A DNA stretch of 64,000 nt from a virus. A program made the position numbers and the translations under genes. A model generated the notes under the pieces. It saw only the letters and a program-made list of their open reading frames with translations, was not told the DNA's origin and did no database searches. The stretch covers positions 42,316-106,315 of the IMG/VR virus record IMGVR_UViG_3300032291_002524, one strand, 5' to 3'. Shown here in pieces: positions 38,866 to 47,449 of this stretch; the first letter of the stretch is position 1, and every line of letters starts with the position of its first letter.

Positions 38866-39156
38866 ATGAATAAAGTGATATTCAAATATAGTACACTTCC
38901 TAATTCCGTGTTTCAATCCAATTTTGTTATACCGATACCAAAGGGAGCGGAGATTTTAACAATTCAAGTTGACAAAAAAAATAACCACCCAACTATTTGG
39001 GCGTTGGTTGATATTAACGAACCTCTCGAAGACCGAAAATTTGAATTGGTTGGGACAGGTCATACATTCACCATGGACGATTCCAAAAAATATATTGGGA
39101 CATATCAGTACCAAAATGGTGAATTTGTTGGACATCTTTTTGAAGTAATTAGATAA
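38866..39156 (+). CDS. Conserved small phage protein
   Basis: IPKGAEILT.Q...IWALVD...GTGH...YIGT.Q....V.HLFE. Confidence 0.75.
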   Translation: MNKVIFKYSTLPNSVFQSNFVIPIPKGAEILTIQVDKKNNHPTIWALVDINEPLEDRKFELVGTGHTFTMDDSKKYIGTYQYQNGEFVGHLFEVIR

Positions 39157-39162
39157 ACCGTT

Positions 39163-39582
39163 ATGGAAAAAATATATATAACCAAAACCGTAAAATTTAA
39201 GGATTCAATTAATGAATTGGATTTTGTAAATAGAGAAGCGTTCGGATGGGAAGATTGGGACCGCCACGATTTTATTGAAATTAATAAAGGGAATGTAAAC
39301 AGAGATGATGAACCTATTGAGATTAATTCTATGATTGAATTGCTCCAAAAAGCAAAAGATGCTGGTTCTACTCACGTAAACATTAATTACTATACTGACC
39401 ATCATGGGTATGACATTTCTGGTGTTGAGATGAGAAAATCCACTCAAGAAGAAATTGATAATTACGAGGAATTCAAATCTTCAATTAAAGATATTGACGC
39501 TCAAATCAAAAAACTTAATGGTGAGTTAAGTAAATTAACTACCGAGAAAATGGAACTTTTTAGAAAAAGAAATAAACAATAA
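39163..39582 (+). CDS. Hypothetical protein
   Basis: 139-aa ORF with a C-terminal coiled coil. Confidence 0.65.
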   Translation: MEKIYITKTVKFKDSINELDFVNREAFGWEDWDRHDFIEINKGNVNRDDEPIEINSMIELLQKAKDAGSTHVNINYYTDHHGYDISGVEMRKSTQEEIDNYEEFKSSIKDIDAQIKKLNGELSKLTTEKMELFRKRNKQ

Positions 39583-39589
39583 GATTATA

Positions 39590-39832
39590 ATGAAAAAAAT
39601 ATTTTACTTAATTATGTTAGGTACATTGTCAGTATCTTGTACCGAAAACCAAAGAGCCAAAAATTTTGGTGGAACAGAAGAAGTTCGATTAAAGAAAAAT
39701 GAAATTCTCTTGAATGTGACTTGGAAGGGAGACCAAATGTGGATTTGTACTAAAGACACCTCAACAGGAACATCCTATTTCCGTGAAAAATCTAATTGGG
39801 GAGTAATGGAGGGTACCATTATCTTAAAATAA
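39590..39832 (+). CDS. Small lipoprotein
   Basis: Lipobox LSVS-C. Confidence 0.75.
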   Translation: MKKIFYLIMLGTLSVSCTENQRAKNFGGTEEVRLKKNEILLNVTWKGDQMWICTKDTSTGTSYFREKSNWGVMEGTIILK

Positions 39833-39839
39833 GATTATT

Positions 39840-40298
39840 ATGTTAAAAATAGATTTATCAGACATTGCTGACATTACTAGGTCGATATCCGAGTATGAAA
39901 TGTTAACCAATTCATTCACTCAACGAGGAACTAAAGAAGAAAAGGAACTTTTGACAGATTTTTGGAATAAAAAGGTTGTTAAAAGGGAAACATCGACTTG
40001 GATGACCTCACATGAATATGAACAATGGAAAGAAATTAATTTTCATGTCGTCGCTCAAACTTGGGGTAACACCTCATGTGGATGGCAAGGTATTGGTGGA
40101 GCTTCAATGACAAAAGCATATACCGTTATTATTGAAAATGGTTGGGCCGGGTTGGTATGTGTCTTCTATTTCGGTAAATTGGCTTACATGTGTGAAATGG
40201 ATGACAAATACAAAGTGTATGTCGAAAAAGGGTTTAGAGGATTACCAGGTCATGGTGATTGTCATGAAAAATTAACCGTGTTATATAAATCAAAATAA
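39840..40298 (+). CDS. Hypothetical protein
   Basis: QTWGNTSCGW.GIGG.SMT.AYT motif. Confidence 0.65.
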   Translation: MLKIDLSDIADITRSISEYEMLTNSFTQRGTKEEKELLTDFWNKKVVKRETSTWMTSHEYEQWKEINFHVVAQTWGNTSCGWQGIGGASMTKAYTVIIENGWAGLVCVFYFGKLAYMCEMDDKYKVYVEKGFRGLPGHGDCHEKLTVLYKSK

Positions 40299-40338
40299 TT
40301 TTGTAATTCCAAAAAAAAAGTATTATCTTTGTATTGTT

Positions 40339-40620
40339 ATGGCAAAACAACTAAAAATTTGGAACGGTAGGGGACATGGTCGAAAATATAGTAGAGGTCA
40401 TGTTTATGTTGCGGCATACACACAAAAACAAGCAGCAGAATTGGTAAGTAAGGCATGTTTTGGTGAAGAATATCCAGATTTAGTTTCGGTGAATGAAATT
40501 AGAACTTATTACAGTTCGGGTTCGTGGGGCAATTCGATGAATGGTATCGAACCAACAGAACCTTGTGTTTACATTCAAGAAACTAGTTTTTCAAATGAAA
40601 AACCTGTAAGAATTATATAA
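40339..40620 (+). CDS. Hypothetical protein
   Basis: Follows a TATCTTTG box. Confidence 0.65.
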   Translation: MAKQLKIWNGRGHGRKYSRGHVYVAAYTQKQAAELVSKACFGEEYPDLVSVNEIRTYYSSGSWGNSMNGIEPTEPCVYIQETSFSNEKPVRII

Positions 40621-40630
40621 AAGATAATAT

Positions 40631-40713
40631 TGTGATAATGGTGTAGGGTCGGTCTCATGAGCCGAGTTGGTAGATATACCCCCCGTGTGGTTCGAATCCA
40701 CAAATCACAACCA
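40631..40713 (+). ncRNA. D-armless tRNA-like RNA with a CAT anticodon and long variable arm
   Basis: TGTGAT/ATCACA-A-CCA, TCGGT-CTCATGA-GCCGA, TGTGG-TTCGAAT-CCACA. Confidence 0.65.
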
Positions 40714-41242
40714 AAGACCCCACGATAACAGATAACTCGTCTGTTTGTATGTGAACCCGACTAGAAGTCTTCAGGGCTATGGGGGATAGATACATAGAGT
40801 GAAACACATATAACCCCTCATAAACGGGGTTAAGCAAGAAGGGGGAAGGTCCTTTTACGTATGTGGGAATCTCAAATTAAAAACGAGTCCCCCATTATGG
40901 GTAAAGGGGGTTAGGGACCTTAAGTGGTCGTGACATAACCCACAAGTTGTAGAAATACTGGACAATTCTACAATACACGCTCTATCTTCCGAGCGAGACT
41001 GTCACGTAACTATGATGGTAGGGTGGAGATGTCCTGAGGGTAGCACTGAACGCTAATATGAAAAGCCTATGACGCACATGATTAGGTAAGTACTTTTGGA
41101 CGGAGTGTGAGAGTATAGGCCTACCTTGGATGGTTACTATGTTCCAACGAATCTTGGGAATATGGGTAGGAATATTATGTCGCCAACTATAAAACTAAAA
41201 GGTCTTCCCAAAATGGCGTGGGGGTGATTCAAGACCTTTTTT
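40714..41242 (+). ncRNA. Candidate large structured ncRNA (about 500 nt) ending in a terminator-like hairpin
   Basis: No credible ORF, high GC, many stems (AACCCC/GGGGTT, TTGTAGAA/TTCTACAA, AAGGTCC/GGACCTT, GCCTAT/ATAGGC, CCTACC/GGTAGG). Confidence 0.6.
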
Positions 41243-41358
41243 AATACTGAAGTGGCTCAATTGGTTAAAGTGTCGTTTCATTATCGGAAGATTATCAGTT
41301 TGATTCTCTTTTCCTACACTAATTGATTTTTTATCCTATAAGACTTATAATTAAATTA

Positions 41359-42624
41359 ATGGAAACGTTATCAAATATAGGAAACAATATTGTTGGTTCC
41401 GAGATTATCAAAATCTCACAACAAATTAAAGAGATTTCAAAGACAACCCCCGTGGCAAATCTAACCATTGGTGATTTTAACTCAAAATTATGGCCAATTC
41501 CAAGTGGTCTCAGAAATAGAATTATTGACTCATATAACGAAGATTTAACCAATTACCCCAACTCAATGGGCGAGATAAATCTTCGTGAATCAATTTCAAA
41601 ACACATCAAACATCAATTTGGTCTTAATTATTCTACTGATGAGATTTTGGTAGGTGGTGGAGTTCGTCCTTTGATTTATACCGTATATAAATCTACGGTA
41701 AATTCTGATGATGAGGTTATTTACCCAACACCATCTTGGAATAACAACCACTATTGTTTCTTACACGGAGCGTCCAAACAGGAAATTCAGTGCTTACCTG
41801 AAAACTCATTTTTTCCTACTGTTGAAGACATTGATAGTAGGATAAATGTCAACACATCATTAATTTGTATTTGTTCACCACAAAATCCAACAGGTCGTGT
41901 AATTAATCCTGAAGTTTTAAAAGGTATATGTGAATTAATTGTTAAGGAAAATAAATTTAGAGAAACCCGAATGAATTCAAGACCGTTATATTTGTTCTTT
42001 GACCAAATATACTCTGACTTGAGTTTTGGTGATAATTTTGTTCATCCTTTACATGTTTGTCCTGAAATTAGGGATTATTTAATTTGTGCTGATGGTATTT
42101 CCAAATCACTTAACGCCACGGGTGTAAGAGTTGGTTGGGTTTTTGGTCCAAAAGATGTTATTGGTAAGATGAGTGAGATATTATCACACATCGGAGCATG
42201 GGCACCAAAAGCGGAACAACATGCCGTATCCCGTTTTATCGATGAGTCATATGATGAATATCAAAGTCACTTGACATACGTTAAAAATGAATACGAAACC
42301 ATCTCAAATGAGATTTGTGGAAAGTTTCAAGAACTTAAAGATAGGGGATACAGTGTTGATTATCAAAAACCCGAAGGTGGGATTTATATTTCAGTTTATT
42401 TGGGTTACGTTCACCAATTCCCATCAACTGAAGAATATATTTCATTCTTAATTAACAAATGTGGACTAGGGATTGTACCATTTGAGTATTTTGGTTCAAA
42501 CCAAAAAGGGTGGTTTAGAATATCGATTGGTAATATAGCTTCATTAAATTTGAACTTTATTAAGGAAACAATTGAAAATTCTGTATTAAAATCAAAAAGT
42601 TTTGTAAATTCTATGGTCATGTAA
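41359..42624 (+). CDS. PLP-dependent aminotransferase, class I/II
   Basis: SPQNPTG, DQIY, GISKS..ATGVRVGW, FRIS. Confidence 0.92.
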   Translation: METLSNIGNNIVGSEIIKISQQIKEISKTTPVANLTIGDFNSKLWPIPSGLRNRIIDSYNEDLTNYPNSMGEINLRESISKHIKHQFGLNYSTDEILVGGGVRPLIYTVYKSTVNSDDEVIYPTPSWNNNHYCFLHGASKQEIQCLPENSFFPTVEDIDSRINVNTSLICICSPQNPTGRVINPEVLKGICELIVKENKFRETRMNSRPLYLFFDQIYSDLSFGDNFVHPLHVCPEIRDYLICADGISKSLNATGVRVGWVFGPKDVIGKMSEILSHIGAWAPKAEQHAVSRFIDESYDEYQSHLTYVKNEYETISNEICGKFQELKDRGYSVDYQKPEGGIYISVYLGYVHQFPSTEEYISFLINKCGLGIVPFEYFGSNQKGWFRISIGNIASLNLNFIKETIENSVLKSKSFVNSMVM

Positions 42625-42679
42625 TTGACTTTTCGTAAAATTGACTATATTTATATCACAAACAAAATTACAACATTCA

Positions 42680-42886
42680 ATGAGAACCATTTTCATATTC
42701 GGAACACCAGCAACAGAGGGTGATACTTCCAAAGTGGAGATGGGATAATATTGTCTTTTAGACCTTAAAGAAACCCATCTCCAAAAAAGATGGGTTTTTT
42801 TTGTTACCTATTTGGCAAATCAAAAATAATGTTGTATCTTTGTATTGTTGTTGATGATAACAACATAACAAAAGAGTTCTTTGACA
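42680..42886 (+). promoter_or_regulatory. Leader-peptide attenuator, internal sigma-A box and boxA before tRNA array 2
   Basis: 22-aa uORF 42680-42748 ends in GGAGATGGG, complementary to CCCATCTCC of the terminator 42771-42802; GTTCTTTGACA at 42876-42886. Confidence 0.72.
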
Positions 42887-42970
42887 TATTGGAAACCAAA
42901 AAAAAAATAAATTGGTTAGGATAACCAACTTTTTTAAGGGTTCGTAATATTTATCATTAAATGATATATT

Positions 42971-43876
42971 ATGTATAAATGTGGATATTGCGAAAAAGAT
43001 TTTAAGAATAAGGGAGGTTATGTAAGACATAATAAAACCTGTAAAATTGTTGATAATATTAGAGATGATGTTTACCGATTATATGTTGATGATTTGTGGA
43101 GTATAAAAGACATTGAAAAAAAATATAAGATTGGCCATAATACGGTCAATCAGATTTTAGGAGATTCAAAAAGAACACAATCTGAAGGTAATAAAACAGC
43201 TCGTAAGAAATATCCTGAAAATTTTAAACATACTGAAAAATCTAAACAAATTTTAAGGGAGAAACGATTAAAATTTATGAAAGATAATCCCGACAAAACT
43301 GCTTGGAGATTAAAGAATATATCATACCCTGAAAAATTGTTTTATAACAAAGTTATTGAATTAGGGTGGGATAAGAAGTATTCAATTAAACGAGAATACT
43401 CAGTATTTCCATATTTTATTGATTTTGCGTTTTTAAATGAAAAAGTTGCCGTTGAAATTGACGGTTCTCAACACCTTCTTCCTGAACGAAAATTAAAAGA
43501 CAGTGAAAAAGACGATTTATTAATTTCAAATGGATGGAATGTTATTAGGATATCTGAATATAAAATAAAAACCGAAATTGAAAATGTCTTTGTTGAAATA
43601 TTACAAGTTTTAAATAAAAATGTTAAACCTAAATTACATAGAGTTGGAATCGTATTACACCCAAAGAAAAACCAAAAGAAAAAACGAGAAAAAAATGGAT
43701 TGACAAAAGAACAACTAAATTCTATTAAATCTCAAAGAAAAATTAACAGACCTGATTATAAAACATTAATTAACGAAGTAAAAGAATTTGGTTTTAATAA
43801 AACAGGTAAAAAATACGGGGTTAGTGATAACGCGATTAGAAAATGGGTTAAATTTTATGAAAAATATGAAAATTAA
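42971..43876 (+). mobile_element. DUF559/Vsr-like endonuclease with zinc finger and HTH, probable homing endonuclease
   Basis: YPEK, YFIDFAF..KVAVEIDGSQH...D..KD..L...GW.VIRI. Confidence 0.8.
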
Positions 43877-43901
43877 TCTTATCTTTGTCCTATAATTTTA
43901 A

Positions 43902-43975
43902 GGTCCTGTGGAGAACGATAGCTATCTCATCACCCTTTCACGGTGGAGTATCGGGGGCGGCACCCGACAGGACTA
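43902..43975 (+). tRNA. tRNA-Glu(TTC)
   Basis: TCACC-CTTTCAC-GGTGG; deviant T-loop GGCGGCA. Confidence 0.85.
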
Positions 43976-44031
43976 CAAAAAAAAAAGATTTGGTAAATTA
44001 AAAAATTATCATTATCTTTGAATTATCAAAT

Positions 44032-44124
44032 AGTCAGGTGGCGGAATGGTAGACGCTTTTGGATTCTCTGTCCGATACCTTTGTTAAGGCAAAAAGCTTA
44101 CAGGTTCGAATCCTGTCCTGACTA
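44032..44124 (+). ncRNA. tRNA-shell RNA copy 4 (43-nt cargo)
   Basis: Same shell, directly after the TATCTTTG box at 44013-44020. Confidence 0.85.
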
Positions 44125-44198
44125 CAAAAATATTGGGTCCCGTACGGAATCGGGTGATGAGTGAAGGGTTGCCGACTCTGTTTCACCGCTCAAAGCAT

Positions 44199-44290
44199 AG
44201 TCAGCTAGGAAGAAGGTCGGTTCGAGTCCGATGGAAGGTCATGGATGACGGGTAGCTCCCTGCAGAGAGGTTCGAATCCTCTCCTGACTA
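44199..44290 (+). ncRNA. Shell variant with two T-loop hairpins and no D-arm
   Basis: AGTCAG...TCGG-TTCGAGT-CCGA...AGAGG-TTCGAAT-CCTCT-CCTGACTA. Confidence 0.7.
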
Positions 44291-44293
44291 CAA

Positions 44294-44660
44294 AGTGTTG
44301 TTCCCTTGATAAAGGAAATGTAAAGATTAGTGATATTACTTGAATTATGGAAAACATAATCGTACACTACAACACTGAGGGATTATCATCCTCACTTTCT
44401 GTATCTCACGTGGAAAAACTTCTTACGGAAGCGGTAAAATGGAGATTAAGGATTCGCAATCCTCTCTGACGTAAGATGTGAAACCACACTGATTATTAAA
44501 ACTGCTTGTTAAAGTGATTTACGCTAGTTGGAAATAACTGGTATTGTCTAAACCTTAATCAGTCTCCCAAGGGTGAGCAAGTTGTAATACAATACAGAGT
44601 GAACAGTACGGCTGCGAATTGTGAGTGTTACAACTGAGTGCAGATGGAAACACCTAGTCA
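44294..44660 (+). ncRNA. Unassigned structured non-coding block, one or more RNAs
   Basis: AGTGTTGT/ACAACACT, CTGATTA/TAATCAG, AGTTGTAA/TTACAACT and TCTTACG/CGTAAGA stems; no ORF. Confidence 0.5.
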
Positions 44661-44681
44661 TGTGTATAAACTAACTAACAT

Positions 44682-44862
44682 AGTCAGGTGGCGAAATGGT
44701 TAGACGCTACCAGCGAGAGGTACTCCACCCATGGTAAATAACCCTATTTAGTGATTCAAATAGGTGCTGGGTTATTGGACACACGATTGAAACATACCAT
44801 CAAATGTGTTAGACGTGACCGATGTGCGAGAGAGGTTACAGGTTCGAATCCTGTCCTGACTA
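44682..44862 (+). ncRNA. tRNA-shell RNA copy 5 (130-nt cargo)
   Basis: AGTCAGGTGGCGAAATGGTTAGACGC...ACAGGTTCGAATCCTGTCCTGACTA. Confidence 0.85.
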
Positions 44863-44913
44863 CAAAATTCAGGATTAATTACCCTGAAATAATGGAAGGT
44901 TCGAAACTTCCGA

Positions 44914-45003
44914 TTGATTATGGTGTAAAGGCGCACAGCGAACTGAGTAGGTCGGTGGACCGGAAGGAACGCGGGATTAAGGTTCGAATCCTTATTAATC
45001 AGC
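44914..45003 (+). ncRNA. tRNA-like RNA with an expanded anticodon domain (different shell)
   Basis: TTGATTA/TAATCAG, D-arm GTG/CAC, T-arm TAAGG-TTCGAAT-CCTTA. Confidence 0.6.
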
Positions 45004-45010
45004 AAAATTA

Positions 45011-45085
45011 GCTTCTGTAGTTTAGCAGGTAAAATAACTGACTTGTAATCAGTAGTCCCCAGTTCAAATCTGGGTGGAAGCTCCA
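45011..45085 (+). tRNA. tRNA-Thr(TGT)
   Basis: ACTGA-CTTGTAA-TCAGT; CCA. Confidence 0.9.
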
Positions 45086-45092
45086 AACAAAT

Positions 45093-45167
45093 AGCGGGGT
45101 AGAGCAGAGGTAGCTTACAAGGCTCATAATCTTGTGGTCAGTGGTTCGAATCCACTCCCCGCCACCA
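45093..45167 (+). tRNA. tRNA-Met(CAT), initiator-like (A1:C72 mismatch)
   Basis: CAAGG-CTCATAA-TCTTG; CCA. Confidence 0.85.
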
Positions 45168-45279
45168 AATAATTCAATAGTGTAAACAAGTAATAGGCCG
45201 GCACATGATGGTCTCTCTATATTAAGAGTAGAGTTAAACTCAGCCACAAAGAGGAACGGTAAGGCCTCCTTGAATTATT
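45168..45279 (+). ncRNA. Unassigned structured RNA, about 110 nt
   Basis: 10-bp closing stem AATAATTCAA/TTGAATTATT. Confidence 0.45.
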
Positions 45280-45286
45280 AACAAAT

Positions 45287-45428
45287 AACTCTATAACAGA
45301 ATTAATTCTGTGAAATTGGGTAAATGAGGGTTAAATGGTTTGACAATCCTGAGACGCGTTTGGAATAAACCGTTAGAGCATTTAACAAGTAGTTTACATT
45401 GTAGGTTCGATTCCTACTAGAGTTACCA
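45287..45428 (+). ncRNA. tRNA-ended RNA with a large interior
   Basis: AACTCTA/TAGAGTT-A-CCA, T-arm GTAGG-TTCGATT-CCTAC. Confidence 0.65.
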
Positions 45429-45522
45429 AAAAGTTATGTGTTAATACATCTGACGGCAATTAGATATTAATATGTTAACTTCTATCGTTCTTAATCTTTG
45501 CCGAGATAAAGGGTGGTAGTTA

Positions 45523-45595
45523 TTCCTGTAAGTGTGATGGCAAAACACCGGACACGGAGTCCGGAGTCGGAGGTTCGAGTCCCCCACAGGAACCA
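45523..45595 (+). tRNA. Atypical or pseudo tRNA (anticodon CGG or ACG, no U33)
   Basis: TTCCTGT/ACAGGAA, CCGGA-CACGGAG-TCCGG. Confidence 0.55.
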
Positions 45596-45601
45596 AATAT
45601 A

Positions 45602-45693
45602 TGCAGGTTAGAGTAGAGGACAAACTCACTGGGCTCATAACCCAGAGTCTCTGAAAGGGGACACGTCTGGTTCGAATCCAGCACCTGCTACCA
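45602..45693 (+). tRNA. Initiator-type tRNA-fMet(CAT) with a long variable arm
   Basis: T1:T72 mismatch, CTGGG-CTCATAA-CCCAG (three G-C pairs), GTCTCT-GAAA-GGGGAC arm, CCA. Confidence 0.85.
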
Positions 45694-45754
45694 AAATGTC
45701 GTTCGTACTTGACTCCAATCGATTATTACACTTGTCATGTACGGGCAACTCCAC

Positions 45755-45830
45755 GCGAGTGTCGTATAGTGGCTTATTATGTTAGACTTCCAATCTAAAG
45801 ACGAGATTTCGATTATCTCCACTCGCTCCA
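45755..45830 (+). tRNA. tRNA-Gly(TCC)
   Basis: TTAGA-CTTCCAA-TCTAA; CCA. Confidence 0.88.
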
Positions 45831-45831
45831 A

Positions 45832-46031
45832 AAGAACCTTTCCTTACATAGGACGGATTAGCACCGTTGAAAGACAATCTTTGGCTTCGTGGGAGTATCT
45901 ACCCAATGAAGTATAAATGGCCCAAAGTGTGATGTGATGGACCCTGCTCTGTAGTGCACTTACACCAGGTGAACAGTAAACTATGTTCAGTCAAATCCAC
46001 AACTACGGTGAGCGTAGAAGGAAAGTTTCTT
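45832..46031 (+). ncRNA. Unassigned structured RNA, about 200 nt
   Basis: Closing stem CTTTCCTT/AAGGAAAG; internal hairpins; no ORF. Confidence 0.55.
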
Positions 46032-46105
46032 TTTTAAGTGGACCTTTCAGTTGAAAGGGACCAATCCGAAGTCGTCCTACAAGATTAGAAACGTCTTCGG
46101 CATTT

Positions 46106-46177
46106 GCGGGAGTAGCTCAGGGGTAGAGCGTCTGCTTGCCAAGCAGAAAGTCGAAGGTTCAAATCCTTTTTCCCGCT
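46106..46177 (+). tRNA. tRNA-Gly(GCC)
   Basis: TCTGC-TTGCCAA-GCAGA. Confidence 0.9.
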
Positions 46178-46216
46178 CTGGGTTGGTTTTTGGACCAATT
46201 TATAATATATATAAAT

Positions 46217-46894
46217 ATGGGTAGAAAACCTTACAAATATCATTATCTGTATAAAACTACTAATATGTTAAATAACAAATATTACATTGGGATGCACTCT
46301 ACTAATAATTTAGAAGATGGATACATAGGTAGTGGTGATAGAATTAGAAGAAGTTTGAAAAAATATGGTAAAGAAAATTTTAATTTTGAAATTATAAATT
46401 TTTTTGAAAATAGGGAATTGTTAAAACAAGCCGAAAAAGAAATAATAACTGATGAAATATTGAATGATGATTTATGTATGAACATTTGTTATGGTGGTGG
46501 GGGTGGATATATAAGTCCTGATGGGGTTAAAAAGGGAAGAATAAAAACTGATAAAATTCTTAAGGAGAAATACGGTGAAAATTTTAGAAATGTAATTTTT
46601 AGGCAATACTACGATAATTTATCTGACGAAGAAAAAAAAGAATGGAAGAAAAAAATATCCAAATCTTTGAAAATTTATTATGAAACACATTTGAATTCTT
46701 TTACAGGTAAAAAACATACCGAACTTACTAAAAAAAAGATAGGAGAAAAAAATTCTATTCATCAAAAAGGGGAAAAAAACTCTCAATTTGGAACTTGTTG
46801 GATAACAAATGGTGAAATAAATTTAAAAATTAAAAAATGTGATGTATATCAATATCCTGAATGGAATAAAGGTAGAACATTAAAAAAGAAATAA
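46217..46894 (+). mobile_element. GIY-YIG (Seg-like) homing endonuclease
   Basis: YLYKTTN..NNKYYIGMHST..LEDGYIGSG; GKKHTE.TKKKI. Confidence 0.88.
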
Positions 46895-46942
46895 GGGTCC
46901 GAGGGAGTCCCTGAAAGGAATAAATATCCTGTCCCTATCCAT

Positions 46943-47014
46943 GGTCTATTGGTGAAATAGTTATCATATCTGCCTGTCACGCAGAAGTCCTCGGAGCGTA
47001 ACCGGGATAGACCG
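46943..47014 (+). tRNA. tRNA-Asp(GTC)
   Basis: TCTGC-CTGTCAC-GCAGA; deviant T-loop AGCGTAA. Confidence 0.85.
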
Positions 47015-47082
47015 CAATGAGTAAGAGATACTCAGTAGTCTTTCATCCAAGACTCATTTAACAATGGATGGGGTTAAAAAAC

Positions 47083-47233
47083 ACCACCCTAAGGTAATCG
47101 GTTCGGGATAAAACAGCATCAGGCCTGATGACTGCCGACGTATTGGGCTGACGTTTTCAAGGGGGTAAGACTCCGCAGGGTTACAAACAGGAAACCGGGA
47201 AAAATCTACTTATCCGTAATCTCAGGGTGGGGT
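47083..47233 (+). ncRNA. Unassigned structured RNA, about 150 nt
   Basis: Closing stem CCACCCT/AGGGTGG; no ORF. Confidence 0.45.
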
Positions 47234-47238
47234 AATAT

Positions 47239-47324
47239 AGTCAGGTGGCGGAATGGTAACGCAATGTTTCTAGACGAAGTTCAGCCGGGGGAGGCTGTTG
47301 CAGGTTCGAATCCTGTCCTGACTA
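47239..47324 (+). ncRNA. tRNA-shell RNA copy 6 (37-nt cargo)
   Basis: Same shell; CAGCC-GGGGGA-GGCTG arm; no proper anticodon stem. Confidence 0.85.
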
Positions 47325-47449
47325 CATTGATGGGTGGTTCTTCTCCCTGAACAGGTGGCTTGGTAATCAAGGAACTGAATGTTTTTAGAACATTTGCAGA
47401 AATACTGGTAGAACAGTGAAGATGACGGCTCGGAAAGTACGAGCAAAAT

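Noticed and set aside
41246-41320. tRNA gene
   Set aside because: Only the 5' D-arm-like part is recognisable; anticodon, T and acceptor pairing are lost, so it is a remnant.
44057-44099. Shell copy 4 as a tRNA with a CTC anticodon
   Set aside because: The loop has T at position 37 and a Leu-type body; better treated as a shell-family member, though mistranslating activity is not excluded.
47095-47200. Hammerhead ribozyme (CTGATGA...GAAAC)
   Set aside because: Stem I cannot form, and CTGATG sits in the palindrome CATCAG-GC-CTGATG.
47263-47299. Amber suppressor (CUA) or Leu(TAG) anticodon in shell copy 6, hinting at stop-codon recoding
   Set aside because: TTCTAGA is not enclosed by a 5-bp stem, and the recognisable genes translate intact in code 11.
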